DNA of 63,827 nt, counting the filler, from Octopus bimaculoides (Eukaryota), in the NCBI RefSeq assembly GCF_001194135.2. It is 7 parts of 7 records of this genome, joined end to end, with 100 filler letters (N's around TTAATTAATTAA, not from the genome) between each part and the next. Parts side by side here need not be neighbours in the genome. Positions count along the whole stretch, not along the records: positions 11,592 to 30,967 come from NC_068986.1; positions 31,068 to 47,646 come from NC_068993.1; 5 more parts are not named here. One strand, 5' to 3'. Both the position numbers and the translations under genes were made by a program. Of this stretch, positions 27,059 through 39,779 are shown one piece after another (within the stretch, counting starts at the first letter, position 1; each line of letters begins with the position of its first letter). The notes under the pieces are model-generated. The model saw only the letters and a list, made by a program, of their open reading frames with translations, had not been told where the DNA came from and searched no databases.

Positions 27059-27059
<1 letters not shown>

Positions 27060-27347
27060 GAGTCAAAATTAAAAGAAGAGTGCCATTTGCTATCTCGTGA
27101 ACAATATTTCGACATCTTGCGTGTCTTCCACTGGTTCAAAAAATAAATTGGCTCTATATCTTCAGGAGGAGTTACCTCAATCCTTTCTATATAAACGAAA
27201 ATGAAGTAGATTGACAAATTTATTTTATGAACCAGTGGAAGACACGCAAGATGTCGAAATATTGTTCACGAGATAGCAAATGGCACTCTTCTTTTAATTT
27301 TGACTCTATATCTTCAGGAGGAGTTACCTCAATCCTTTTTATATAAA
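27059..27347. repeat. Local inverted duplication (~90-bp arms) plus 44-bp direct duplication
   Basis: 27059-27149 is near-perfectly reverse-complementary to 27217-27307; 27152-27195 recurs at 27304-27347. Confidence 0.95.
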
Positions 27348-27376
27348 TATTATTATTATTACTATTAATATTCTCC

Positions 27377-27595
27377 CTTCCAGCTGGGAGAATCGTTTAG
27401 TACGCTGGACGAAATACTTACCAGTATTTCGCCCATCGCTGCGTTCTGGGTTCAAATTCCACTGAGATCGACTTTGTCTTTCATCCTCTCGGGGTCGATG
27501 GAATAAGTACACTAGTGTACTGATGTCAATGTAATTGAATTATCGCCCTCCTCCAAATTTCAGAGCTTGTGCCTATAGTAGAAAGGATTATTATT
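27377..27595 (+). mobile_element. tRNA-derived SINE (family B)
   Basis: AGCTGGGAGAATCGTTTAG...GTTCAAATTCC...GGGGTCGAT...TGTGCCTATAGTAGAAAGG with an (ATT)n tail. Confidence 0.7.
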
Positions 27596-28704
27596 ATTAT
27601 TATTATTATATAGAATTGTTAGGTTAAGTTCTCGAAACTTGTTTCACTTTTCAAACTTTTACACACATTGGTCTCTTAAATGTTTCAAGCATTATTCTTT
27701 ATTCTTTTGAATGCAGTGCTTTTTGTACATAGATAATGATAACATATCGCTTGTTCTTCAGATTCTCATTAAACATGTTCAATATTTCGTCGAAATATCG
27801 TCTCTAAATTGGCATTTATTATTACTATGATTAACGTTCTTCAAAGAGCGATAAAATTTTCGTTTACTTCATGCAATAATGTATGTTCAGGTAGAAGAAA
27901 TATATACAACTAACTTTCGGCGCGGGATTCTTTCACAGAATGAATTATATATGTTGCACACTGATTTTTCTGATATGCCTCACTTCCAATACTTATTATT
28001 CTGCATTTCTTATTATTTTCTCATGCTACATATTTTAACAGCAATTAACCCTTTGAAATCATATAAGTTCTGCATACGAAGTGTTCAATTTTCGTTCAAT
28101 TTTCTTTTAGAACTTATCTTCTAATTTCTAATCTTTGACCCTTAGGTGACAGTTTTTCATTTTGTTCTCTCGAAACAAATAGGAAATGAACAAGCATAAT
28201 CTTGACAGTTATTGCATCGATTATATCACCTTGCTGGAAATGTAGTCTACTGATTCAAAAGAAAAGACCTCGATCGCCTTTGCACTACGTAACAGAGCTG
28301 TGACTGCGACATCGATAATTAGTGGTAGACGGCGAATAAGGTGTTACGCAGTAAGCATAATATTTGGTATAATTTCCCAAAGTAAACACTAACGATATTA
28401 AGGAATTCTCTCGAGTATATTTGCTTGCAATATGAAAGGGAAACTAAGCAAATGTAGTCTAATGTTGTAGCCGGCGGGTGGGAATTTTATCATTCAGCGA
28501 TGGCAGACCACTTTTGACAGTACTCTCCAACAAAATCAGCTGTATACACACGCACACACACACACAAACACACACACACATACACACGCAGTCAGCTAGG
28601 TAGATAGATAGATAGATATATAGATAGATAGATAGTACATACATGCATACATACATACATATATATACATATATATCTCCGTGTGTTTCTCCTTGTCTCC
28701 GTAT

Positions 28705-28741
28705 TCTTTCTGTTGAAGAGCGTAGCTCGAAACGTCAAAGA
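28705..28741 (+). ncRNA. Hammerhead-like motif with a non-canonical core, in a short repeat (~28680-28830)
   Basis: TCTTT-ctg-TTGAAGA-GCGTAGCTC-GAAAC-GTC-AAAGA; GAAACGTC core and TCTTT/AAAGA stem I are present, but C3 is U and there is a 3-nt insertion. Confidence 0.35.
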
Positions 28742-29092
28742 CTTTCCGTATTCCCGAGCGTCATACTAATATATACTTTTGTTATTTACACCACCTGTCC
28801 TCGTCTGTTGTTATTATTTGTATATTCTCCCANNNNNNNNNNNNNNNNNNNNNNNNNNNNNNNNNNNNNNNNNNNNNNNNNNNNNNNNNNNNNNNNNNNN
28901 NNNNNNNNNNNNNNNNNNNNNNNNNNNNNNNNNNNNNNNNNNNNNNNNNNNNNNNNNNNNNNNNNNNNNNNNNNNNNNNNNNNNNNNNNNNNNNNNNNNN
29001 NNNNNNNNNNNNNNNNNNNNNNNNNNNNNNNNNNNNNNNNNNNNNNNNNNNNNNNNNNNNNNNNNNNNNNNNNNNNNNNNNNNNNNNNATAT

Positions 29093-29127
<35 letters not shown>

Positions 29128-29606
29128 TGTATGTATGTATATATGTATGTCTATCAGTATGTAGGTGTGTACTACATGTGTGTAGGCATGTATATATTAA
29201 TATATATGTATACATGTATTGACTTAATACTTTGGCCAAGTTTTCATCGTATGGAAATAACTATTTTAATTTTATCGCAAAAGTAGGTTGATGTATCCAA
29301 CACAAGTACAATCCATATTACTGCAGCTACATTCTTTTGGCTTAGGACAAATATGGCTGTCGATAATGTGTGAAAATCGTGGTGAAAGATGATTGCAAGG
29401 TAAACAATTTGAAAGAAGTGTAAATATATGGTAAGCCATAACTAAGTTACTTTATCCAGTCACAGTAAATCCCACGTATTGTATATAAAGTGTCAACGAA
29501 AGCGGAATTGAAAGGAAAGGAAATTGGAATAGACAAATACATCACACCAAATCATACATAATCACATATATGTGTATGGGTGTGTGTGTGTGTGTGTGCA
29601 TAAGTA

Positions 29607-29656
<50 letters not shown>

Positions 29657-30381
29657 ATACATGCATGGAAGTGCGTACATTTATGTATATGCATGTGTGT
29701 GTCTTCGTGTGTATTCGTATGTCTCTATAGTTGTACTGTAAAGCTTTTATTACCTCGCAAAACACTACCAAAGCTGCAAAGAAGAGATTGGCTGAAGGTC
29801 AGCTTGATCATGATAGCATTTTCCCTTGGGATTTACAAGAATGTTTCCATTCTTAATGTTTGGTTTCTGATTCTCAGGCAGTTCTGTTTTATTTATTTAT
29901 TTCATTTTAGGGGATTATTTTTGTGTGTATAAAATATATTCAATTGCAGATGAGCAAATACGTTTTGTTTTATGTCGATGCATTGCTCCGATCATTCAGG
30001 AATGCCCAATGATAATTCCTCCCGGCTGTTCAGGTAATTCCAAATTCAGACGGCTTTAATAAACACGGTTTGGCATTGTTGAAGTAAGTTCGTTTCACTA
30101 AAAAATTCGTTTCACAAATATATCCTGAGCTAAGATCTCATTATATATAAATGTAGGGTTTTTGTATGTTATAGGCTAACCTATAGGAGACCTTGAAAGT
30201 TGGATACGCTACTGTTGTTGATTTGCATGAAACAACTGTTATATTTTCTCTGTATACATCAACATTTCTTCTACGGGCACCAGGCCCGAAATTTGACAGG
30301 AGAGGGACAGTCAATTACAAATAAAATGTTATAATTATACGTATGTCATAGCCTTAGGGCTGATATATATATATATATATA

Positions 30382-30455
<74 letters not shown>

Positions 30456-30967
30456 TGTGTGTGGGTGTGTGCGTGTGTGTGTGTGTGTGTGTGTACAAAA
30501 ATATATAATAGTATATATAAATGAGGCCACTAAGTGGACTGCTAATGTGCTAGAAGAAGATCACATGTCATGTGTCTACTAAGACCGAATAATTCTCAAA
30601 GGAAATTTCGCGAAGCAACAAAAACGTAAAGCGGGCAAGACCAGTGAAAATTACACAGAAAATACAATTAACTGGAAACATATGTTTCGAAATTAACATT
30701 TTCTTATCGAAAATATCCGTTTGTCATCAGTGCAGATCATTGGATAGATACAATTTTGAGAATCGCATACTAATTTGTACGCCACAAGGAAAGTACGTGT
30801 ATACGGTTCTCATAAAGTATACTGTCTACGGTAAAATTCAAAAGTCCTTGAGATCTCAGATATTTTTTTCTGAATCTCCCTGATTCTTTTAATGTTCTAG
30901 TTACCTGGTATTAAATTGATATTAATTAATATCCAATTTTTTACCCTATTGTTTAATTTATATATAT

Positions 30968-31067
30968 NNNNNNNNNNNNNNNNNNNNNNNNNNNNNNNNN
31001 NNNNNNNNNNNTTAATTAATTAANNNNNNNNNNNNNNNNNNNNNNNNNNNNNNNNNNNNNNNNNNNN
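30968..31067. other. Artificial assembly spacer
   Basis: 44 N + TTAATTAATTAA (31012-31023) + 44 N. Confidence 0.95.
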
Positions 31068-33889
31068 CCCCCATAAATTCTTTTTACTTAATTTTTACCA
31101 TGATCTTTTATTCTGTTACAAAATTCTATAAACACTTTTCCCAGTCTCTCTTTCTTTCTCCCTCATATATTTCATCTCTATATTCTCAGAGGCCACACAT
31201 TTCAAGCACTTAGCCCCTTCATCGCTTCTATACGTAGCGTCTGTATATGAACACAATCTCTTATCGGTCCATATACTTTTGTTTGCTTTACATTATCTTG
31301 AGGCCACTGTTATATCTTTTCTCATTACGTTATGTAATTCTAGCAGCTGACACGTGAGTCATTTCACATTATTTGTTATTTACAGAGAAACGCTAATGAT
31401 TTTCAAGTGTTGTACTTTTCATCTGATAAAACTTTTCCATTCACAACTAATGTACTTGTCGCTTTTGTTGATTGCCTGTGTGCAAAAATAAACTAAACAT
31501 TTCTGACATTACCTATTCTTAAACTATGACTTGAATCCCCTGTTATAAAACTATAATGTTTAATGTCAAGTTTTCTATTAGTTTGATAAATAAGGCGGTG
31601 TGGCGTCAAAATTGGATCGGGTGACAGAATAAACATTTAATTGAACCTTATCACGTCCCGAGCAAATTCCACCTGAATAGAATTTTTCTTTCACTGGTGC
31701 GAAGTAGACTAGTATCGAACTAATCTAGTAGCTTTGTCCAATCTGACGTCTACAACCATCTCGTTTGGATATTCTGCGAAAAGTCTGTGTGAAAGTTTTA
31801 CAGTTGTAAACAAACATCCTTTACTATGAAAAGAAAAGCGTTTTTCTTTGACAAATGGACATCTAGTTTATAAACAGAAGACGTTTCGGGGTTTTCATCT
31901 AATAAAAATTCGTCAGATATAAAAGAACGAGATAGATTCGTATTAGATCTTTAATTACAACGTTTCGGCCTGTTGTGAAATATAGTAATATTTCTTTATT
32001 AAGTCTCTAATGCAAAACGTTTGATCTAATGTTTGATCTCCAATTGATTTCAAAGCTATACGAATCCCTTTAAACCTTCCGAAACTCTCACAATCTCTTT
32101 GTAACAGCGAGCAAGACAAAAACTGTAAGAGACAGAAAAATGCAGGTATAGAAGATTTATTATTGGATATGTTTGAAAAGACACCAATGACGAGGCCAAG
32201 CATTTCGTCGTTAAATTAAATATAAACGACCGAATAGAATACATCGATGGGTGTAAACCAGTTGAGGCCTTGAAAGGTTACACTGTCAACTCCACTCAGA
32301 GCCAGAGCCGTAGGTTAACCAATCCTACCAAAAGTGAAAATAAATTGTAAGGAAACTTATAAATGATGAACCTAGTTGTAAAATTTTATAATTCGATATC
32401 GTCTGGTTCTTTCAATCTTCATTCTCCGCTCCCAACTCCGCCAAAAATGAATTAATCTTGGCCTTAGTATTTGGTAAGCTATACGCAACAATTACTTACT
32501 CCGATATTGGTAAAATTATGAATGTCAGTAAATTGTTGTTACTTCGTAACACTCTATTGAGTGAAAAATGACGATAAATAACGAACTTCTTAATGTGGCA
32601 ATAGGAGCTTTGATAGAGCTGATATTGCACATCCTGTGGCCTATATGGTCTTGAGAGTCTAAACAACGAAGGAGATGCGGCTAACTTAGGATTATTCAGA
32701 GAAAACACACAGCAGAAACAGATATGAATTAAAATTAGGAAAAGTTACATGGAATGAGAGAATAATTAATATAGAAATGAACGGAAAATGCCGGTGGGAG
32801 TTGAAATATCTATAAAGAGCCTTGAGCAACGTTTATGCATGAGAATGTCTGTATATTTTGTATATACGTATTTATTAATAATTGGAGAAACGAAATTAAT
32901 TTAATAGCGTTAGAATTGATCATATGCTAAAACATATGTTAGGGCAACAGAATTAACAGTCACCGTTATTACAAGCAAAATCATTCACATGTTAGCTCCA
33001 ATAGAAAATGCCTTATGGATTTGTCGAAGTTTATGTGGTTCTTGTGTGAGACAAACCATCACGATTGTAGAGAGTGCGCAAGTATAAAGGAACGGGAGCT
33101 TCAAATCAGAGACTCGGCATGACCATTTTTGAGAATTTCTATTTAAAGTAGCGACAGTTTGAACAAAGGAACTGCTGTTTGTGCCTTGTATAAACATGGC
33201 TAAGTATCTTATGTAAATACCAGCCTACTTGAATTTCGTTCTGATTCAGAAACAAACGTTGGTTTCGAAATGTGTAATTAAAACATGCTTTATTAATATA
33301 TGTTTTAATATGTGTGAGTACATGATTATGTGTATATGCATACATGCATATATAACTCTGTGTGTGTGTGTATGTGTATGTGTGTTTGTGTGTGTATGTG
33401 TGTGTGTGTGTATATGTGTGTGTAAATATGTTTATGTGTATGCATCTACGAGCGCTCATGCAAAAACGAAGACGTGTATACACACTCCTTGTTTTAAAAT
33501 CATTCAAAAGATTTACTTAGAAGTATTACATTAAAATACTTCGCTAGTTTGAAGCTTAAGTTGTTTATATTATTACAACTACGCGAAATAGAAATGAAAT
33601 AAAAAACGTGAGCCTGAAGCAGCCTTTCCTTTCTCAAAAAGAGTTTTAAACCAAATAACATAAATATATTTCAAAACAATATTCAAACAGTGATTATTTC
33701 AGAAGGAAAGCAGGCTCAGTTCACCAGCTGATGATTGGAAACGAATGACTCAGAGTCCTGGAAATTGGAGCCTTTCAGTTACGTTGTATTATAGAATACT
33801 CTACATGTGTATTGAGTCCTGTAATTTATCGCTTCTGGTGAATCAACAAATATTGACATAAAACTCAAGCATTTCATGTTAGTAACGCA

Positions 33890-34220
33890 AGCCAAAGATA
33901 CTAACATCGTCATCACGATGCAGGACCAGATACTGCAACATCTTGGGTTTCAAGACACCACGTTTCCTCGATATCTTCCCCAAAAGCCTGAGACGCTGGC
34001 GTGATGTAGTTGTGGATGTCTTCAAAGCAAAAGTGGATTTCTTGCCGTCAAGAAGGAAGCGCAGATGACAGCAGCAGCAACATCAAACTCTTTCATTCAT
34101 CAAATGCCACGTGTCAGAGGAGGTTTCAAATAATGAAAGTGTAGGAAAGCTGACGGCGGTGCCCCAGAATGGCCGCATCTCTCGGGCTGAAGCTAGTCAA
34201 AGAGTTAGTTAAAGAGTAAA
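33890..34220 (+). mobile_element. LINE 3' end (RT C-terminus plus tail), CR1/L2/Jockey-like; clade uncertain
   Basis: Manual translation RTRYCNILGFKTPRFLDIFPKSLRRWRDVVVDVFKAKVDF, then a frameshift to EAQMTAAATSNSFIHQMP; followed by the tail GGCGGTGCCCCAGAATGGCCGC. Confidence 0.7.
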
Positions 34221-34225
34221 GCTTT

Positions 34226-34279
<54 letters not shown>

Positions 34280-35249
34280 ATACACGCACACACACACATA
34301 CACATACATACATACAAACATACATGCATACGTAATACATACATACATACATACATACATACATAGAATATGTTTAGTTCACTGGTGATCTAAACGAATA
34401 GATACATTGTGTAGGTTCCATAATTGGTCATCCGTTAGGTTCTAAGTTCACAGCTGAGGCTGGAGCTAGGGATCCGTATTAGGCTTCCGTGTTAACAAGT
34501 ATATATTATATTAGATGGAAAAGGACAACAAAAGCCAAGGGAGGACGAGTATCTCAAGTCATTTAAAATTATTTAATTAGAGCAAGAATTTGAAGTCTTA
34601 CAGCTGTTTCTGAGGTAACCCAAGAGATTGGCTTGCATGTCCGTACACTGGGTATCCCGTGAAAGTTCTAGAAAGGGAAACTCACAATTTATAAAGAATA
34701 AAATAGAAGAATGAAAAGTAAAAGTAATTATAAATTGGAGTGATCAATTAGAGCAGGACAAATTAACAGCGAAGCATATCCGCAAATTTTTGGCTGGACA
34801 AAGTTTTCTCCAGAAATTCATAGCGATTTAAACGATCAAATCAACAGCCAGTGCTGGGTTGAAACCGTTGTTCATAGATGTTTGGTTTCAGAAAATACAT
34901 GTATGTAGCAAAGGAACAATTGGTATATGTTTACGCGGTGCAATTTATGGCAAACGAGAATAAAATGAATGAGTACCACTACACGTGTTTCCATAGTATA
35001 TTTATTCAAACTATGAATACAATTACGTAAATTGATAGGTAATATTGTGTAACTTCGTATTTCTATAAACTACCGTGTCTTCGAGTGATACTCTCCCGAA
35101 TATTTGCCACGTTATACATCAACAAATATTTGAGCGAGATTACGTTTCCTGCGAAGTTACGCAATTGCTCTAGTATTTGGTGTAATTATGCCATGGAAAC
35201 GCATATAACAGTGACATCCTGAAATAGCCATTCATTCTGTTCTTATTTA

Positions 35250-35295
<46 letters not shown>

Positions 35296-35305
35296 NNNNN
35301 NNNNN

Positions 35306-35338
<33 letters not shown>

Positions 35339-35418
35339 CACAGAGAGAGAGACACACAGACACGCAGACACATATACACATACACACACATATATGTAGA
35401 TATATATGTAGGGGAAAA

Positions 35419-35482
<64 letters not shown>

Positions 35483-35538
35483 TTCAAATAGATAAAAACC
35501 TTGTTTAGTTGAATCATTGTCTCCATATCTGCTCATTT

Positions 35539-35629
35539 GGATGCCTCTCACAGCTACTCTTTACCCGGATGACTTAGTCCTCGTTGAAGGGATCGGAGTG
35601 TAAGTTCAAATCATTAAAGCGCTCCTGTT
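35539..35629 (+). mobile_element. RTE-like RT fragment (YADD region), cut by a gap
   Basis: With one frameshift reads GCLSQLL.YPDDLVLV, compared with the RTE motif GCPWELLYADDLVL. Confidence 0.45.
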
Positions 35630-36092
35630 NNNNNNNNNNNNNNNNNNNNNNNNNNNNNNNNNNNNNNNNNNNNNNNNNNNNNNNNNNNNNNNNNNNNNNN
35701 NNNNNNNNNNNNNNNNNNNNNNNNNNNNNNNNNNNNNNNNNNNNNNNNNNNNNNNNNNNNNNNNNNNNNNNNNNNNNNNNNNNNNNNNNNNNNNNNNNNN
35801 NNNNNNNNNNNNNNNNNNNNNNNNNNNNNNNNNNNNNNNNNNNNNNNNNNNNNNNNNNNNNNNNNNNNNNNNNNNNNNNNNNNNNNNNNNNNNNNNNNNN
35901 NNNNNNNNNNNNNNNNNNNNNNNNNNNNNNNNNNNNNNNNNNNNNNNNNNNNNNNNNNNNNNNNNNNNNNNNNNNNNNNNNNNNNNNNNNNNNNNNNNNN
36001 NNNNNNNNNNNNNNNNNNNNNNNNNNNNNNNNNNNNNNNNNNNNNNNNNNNNNNNNNNNNNNNNNNNNNNNNNNNNNNNNNNNNNNNNNNNN

Positions 36093-36141
<49 letters not shown>

Positions 36142-36689
36142 TCTCTCTCTCTCTCTCTCTCACACACACATCTATATTATCTATATCCACACTTCATACT
36201 ATGGCAAACAAGAATATGACTGAGCACCTTAGCGGTCTGCATTCGACTACCACCTCGTTCAGAAGCATGTGAATATTCTACATCAGAGTATTAATATCAC
36301 CGAAGCCTAAGCGAAATGTAAATATATATACATGTGTGTGTGTATGTGCAGAGAGAGAGAGAGAGGGAGGAAGGGATAGGTGGATAGATAGATAGATGAA
36401 GAGAGAGAGAGAGAGGGGGAGAGAAGAGAAGAGATAGAGAGAGAGAAGGGGGTGCATAGACAGCACATGGATATGAACATAGACAAAATTTAGATATAAA
36501 CATGCATCCCACAGTTCGTAGTAAACAAATTTATTGTTTGGTAGGAACGGTTTTAGTTGAACTTATTTTTTTCGTCTATTCACATGACTGCCCACACCGT
36601 TCAGGTCTGTAACCATGGAGACACTCATACGAGAAACTGACCAAGTACCTTGGACAATTTAATCGAGAGCAAATATTTCATTCAAATTT

Positions 36690-36810
36690 TGGGGTCGATT
36701 AAATAAGTACCAGATACGCACAGGGGTCGATGTAATTGACTTAATCTCTTTGTCTGTCCTTGTTTTCCCCCCTCTATGTCTAGCCCCCTGTGGGCAATAA
36801 AGAAATAAAT
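36690..36810 (+). mobile_element. SINE family B variant, 3' part
   Basis: GGGGTCGATTAAATAAGTACCAG...GGGGTCGATGTAATTGAC...AGCCCCCTGTGGGCAATAAAGAAATAA. Confidence 0.65.
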
Positions 36811-36893
36811 ATAAATATTTCATTCAAATTCGTTGGATTTGCTTGTCTGTCTCAAGGACGAAAGATCATACTTTTACTGAAAGCTGGTAATAC

Positions 36894-37094
36894 TAAGTCG
36901 GTGAGCCGGCTGAATCGCTAGCACGCCGGGCGAAATGCTTGGCGGTGTTTCGCCTGTCTTTACGTTCTGAGTTCAAATTCCGCCGAGGTCAACTTTGCTT
37001 TCATTCTTTCGGGATCGATAAATCAAGTACCAGTTGCGTACTAGAGGTCGGAATAATTGATTGGCCTCCTCCCTGTGCCTAGAGTAGAAAAGAA
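36894..37094 (+). mobile_element. tRNA-derived SINE (family B), near full length
   Basis: Head GAGCCGGCTGAATCGCTAGC, B-box GAGTTCAAATTCC, body GTCAACTTTGC...AAGTACCAG, tail TGTGCCTAGAGTAGAAAAG. Confidence 0.8.
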
Positions 37095-37348
37095 AGCTGA
37101 TATTACAATTAAATTTAAATGAGCGCTTTAGACTGAAGGAATTAGAGTGAGTGATTCTAACTTGGTGAAAGTCTGAACGAGTGGTTCTGAAGAGGGAGTC
37201 GTATGATCCTTGCGATCCACATAGGACTCTGTTAAAATTTATGCGCAATAACATGGTTATATTTCTATATTACACAAAATATTTTGGCAATAATTGTTTT
37301 TTGTTTTTTTTTTTACAATTCCTAATATTCAAATTATAAAAATATAAC

Positions 37349-37505
37349 AGGCGTGGCAGTGTGCTAAGTAGCTTGCTTACCAACCAGATGATTCCAGGCT
37401 CAATTCCACTGCGTGGCACCTTGGGCTAGTGTCTTCTACTATAGCCTCGAGCCGACCAAAGCCTTGTGAGTGGATTTGGTAGACGGAAACTGGAAGAAGC
37501 CCTTC

Positions 37506-37539
<34 letters not shown>

Positions 37540-37817
37540 NNNNNNNNNNNNNNNNNNNNNNNNNNNNNNNNNNNNNNNNNNNNNNNNNNNNNNNNNNNNN
37601 NNNNNNNNNNNNNNNNNNNNNNNNNNNNNNNNNNNNNNNNNNNNNNNNNNNNNNNNNNNNNNNNNNNNNNNNNNNNNNNNNNNNNNNNNNNNNNNNNNNN
37701 NNNNNNNNNNNNNNNNNNNNNNNNNNNNNNNNNNNNNNNNNNNNNNNNNNNNNNNNNNNNNNNNNNNNNNNNNNNNNNNNNNNNNNNNNNNNNNNNNNNN
37801 NNNNNNNNNNNNNNNNN

Positions 37818-37883
<66 letters not shown>

Positions 37884-38110
37884 GTATATATATATGTATA
37901 TGTATATATTTGTGTCTGTTTGTGTTTGTCTCCCTCCATCGTTTGACAACCGATGTTGGTGTTTACATCCCGTAACCTAGCGGTTCGGCAAAAAGGACCG
38001 ATAGAATAAGTTCTAGACTTACAAAGAATAAGTCCTGGGGTTGATTTCTTCGACTAACACCCTTTAAGTCAGTGCTCCAGCATGTCAGCAGTCAAATGGC
38101 TGAAGCAAGT
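37349..38110 (+). mobile_element. Bipartite tRNA-derived SINE (family A) with internal (TA)n/(CA)n and an assembly gap
   Basis: 5' half AGGCGTGGCAGTGTG...GCGTGGCACCTTGGG...GTGAGTGGATTTGGTAGACGGAAACTG; 3' half GACAACCGATGTTGG...GCGGTTCGGCAAAA...GTGCTCCAGCATG; homologous to 51219-51645. Confidence 0.85.
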
Positions 38111-38818
38111 TTTAAAAAAAGGGGGGTATTGATAAAACATCGAAATGCTATAAGGGTCTTCTTGAGTAAAATAGGAATCCATGGGTCCATAGGTAAAAAA
38201 CGATTGGGAACTTCTGTTGTAGACAAATCTGGAAACCGATAGAAGCGATTATTCCCAAAGAAACAGATGTAAACACCGACCAAAGATAAGACGAGAAGAT
38301 AATATTCAGATTAATACAGAGTCATTAGAAAGAAGGAAAAAAACAGAACAAAACAGAACAAAACAAAGCAAAATATAATTGTTGCAGGAATTATTGGCTG
38401 CTTTCCAAAAATGAGAAAAAAGAATTATACCTATCGTATATCCACAAGATTTTTGCACGTCAATTTTGTGGAGAATAATTTCTTCAATTAATTAAGTTGA
38501 TATACAATAAATAACATAAAGATTGTTATTTCACGTTTATTTAATAAATTTCTTCGCAACTTTTTCATCTTTTTTCTCTTTCTTCATGTCTTTCGTTTAA
38601 TCTATCGTTTTTTTCTTCTTTCAATTCATTCCTTGGGTTTTTGGCTGCCTTTCCCTTTTGTTCTCCGTCATCTATTGCATAAGTCAACACTTCCTCTAAA
38701 TTCTCTCCGTTCTCTTTCTCCCCCCCCTCTCTCTCTTTCTCTGCCTCTCCCTCTCTCTCTCTCTCTCTATATATCCATCTATTTCTATCTCTTGTATATT
38801 TCCTTTCTACATTTTCAG

Positions 38819-39000
38819 GCGCCATGCAGTTAAAACTTCAACTATTTATAGTCGTCTGCTTACGAACTGCTAAACCTTCGTTACTATTTAACGGCTTATC
38901 GTTCGTTTATTGTAACATAGTTGGTGCATCCTCATCTTTCTCTACATTCTGTGATTTTTTTAGTTTATATCTGGGTCATTTCTTGGCAACAGGATTTGAG
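38819..39000 (+). other. Candidate 182-nt exon with ATG, unassigned
   Basis: Acceptor TTTCTACATTTTCAG after a long pyrimidine tract; GCGCCATG; frame open to GAG|GTAATT. Confidence 0.2.
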
Positions 39001-39202
39001 GTAATTATAACTTGGATAACTTTGATAGGATTCGGCCAATATAGGTCCAGTTCCAAATGTAATGTTTATCACTTTGTTAGAAACTACAACGCTGGCTGTC
39101 ATATGATGTGTATGTCGGGAATATACATTTGTCGTGGTAGGTCTTATTGGGTAATGTTATATTTGTATGATGTTTATAATATTGATTTCAAATTTTGCAC
39201 GA

Positions 39203-39375
39203 GGCCAGCAATTTCGAGGGAACGAGCGAGAGAGGGAGGGAGTAAGCTGATTATATCGATCCCAGTATTCAACTGGTACTTATTTTATCGACCCCGAAAG
39301 GGATGAACAGCAAAGTTGACCTTGGCAGATTTTGAACTCAGGACGTAAAGTAAAAAGAAATTCTGCTAAGAAATT
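39203..39375 (-). mobile_element. SINE family B
   Basis: Contains CTGGTACTTATTTTATCGACCCCGAAAGGGATGAACAGCAAAGTTGACC...TTTGAACTCAG, the reverse complement of the family-B body. Confidence 0.7.
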
Positions 39376-39554
39376 TGGAATAATAGACTTATGGTACCTT
39401 GATGCGAAAGATACTAAACCAATCAATAAATATCAATCAATGCCGTATTGAATAAAGAGAAACGACTTCAGATAAAACCTAATTCTTACTACTGTAGGTC
39501 CAAGGATTGACTTTCTGTTTTTTCTTTCTTTCTTTTTGGAGGGCTGTCAGACGA

Positions 39555-39779
39555 TTGCATCTGGTACTTATTTTATCGACCCCAAAAGGATGAAAAGTAA
39601 AGTCAACCTCGGTGGTATTTGAACGCAGAATGTAAAGCCAGAAAAAAATGCCACTAGCACCGAAAGAATGAGAGGAGAAGTCGATTTCGGCGGAATTTGA
39701 ACTCTGAACATAACGAACTGAAATGCCGTTCAGCATCTACTGCAAATCACTACCAATTCTGCCAGCTCGCCCCCTTAAA
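39555..39779 (-). mobile_element. SINE family B (two adjacent or nested pieces)
   Basis: Two runs of AGTC(A/G)A...GG..TTTGAAC, ending at the head ATTCTGCCAGCTCGCCCCCTTA. Confidence 0.7.
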
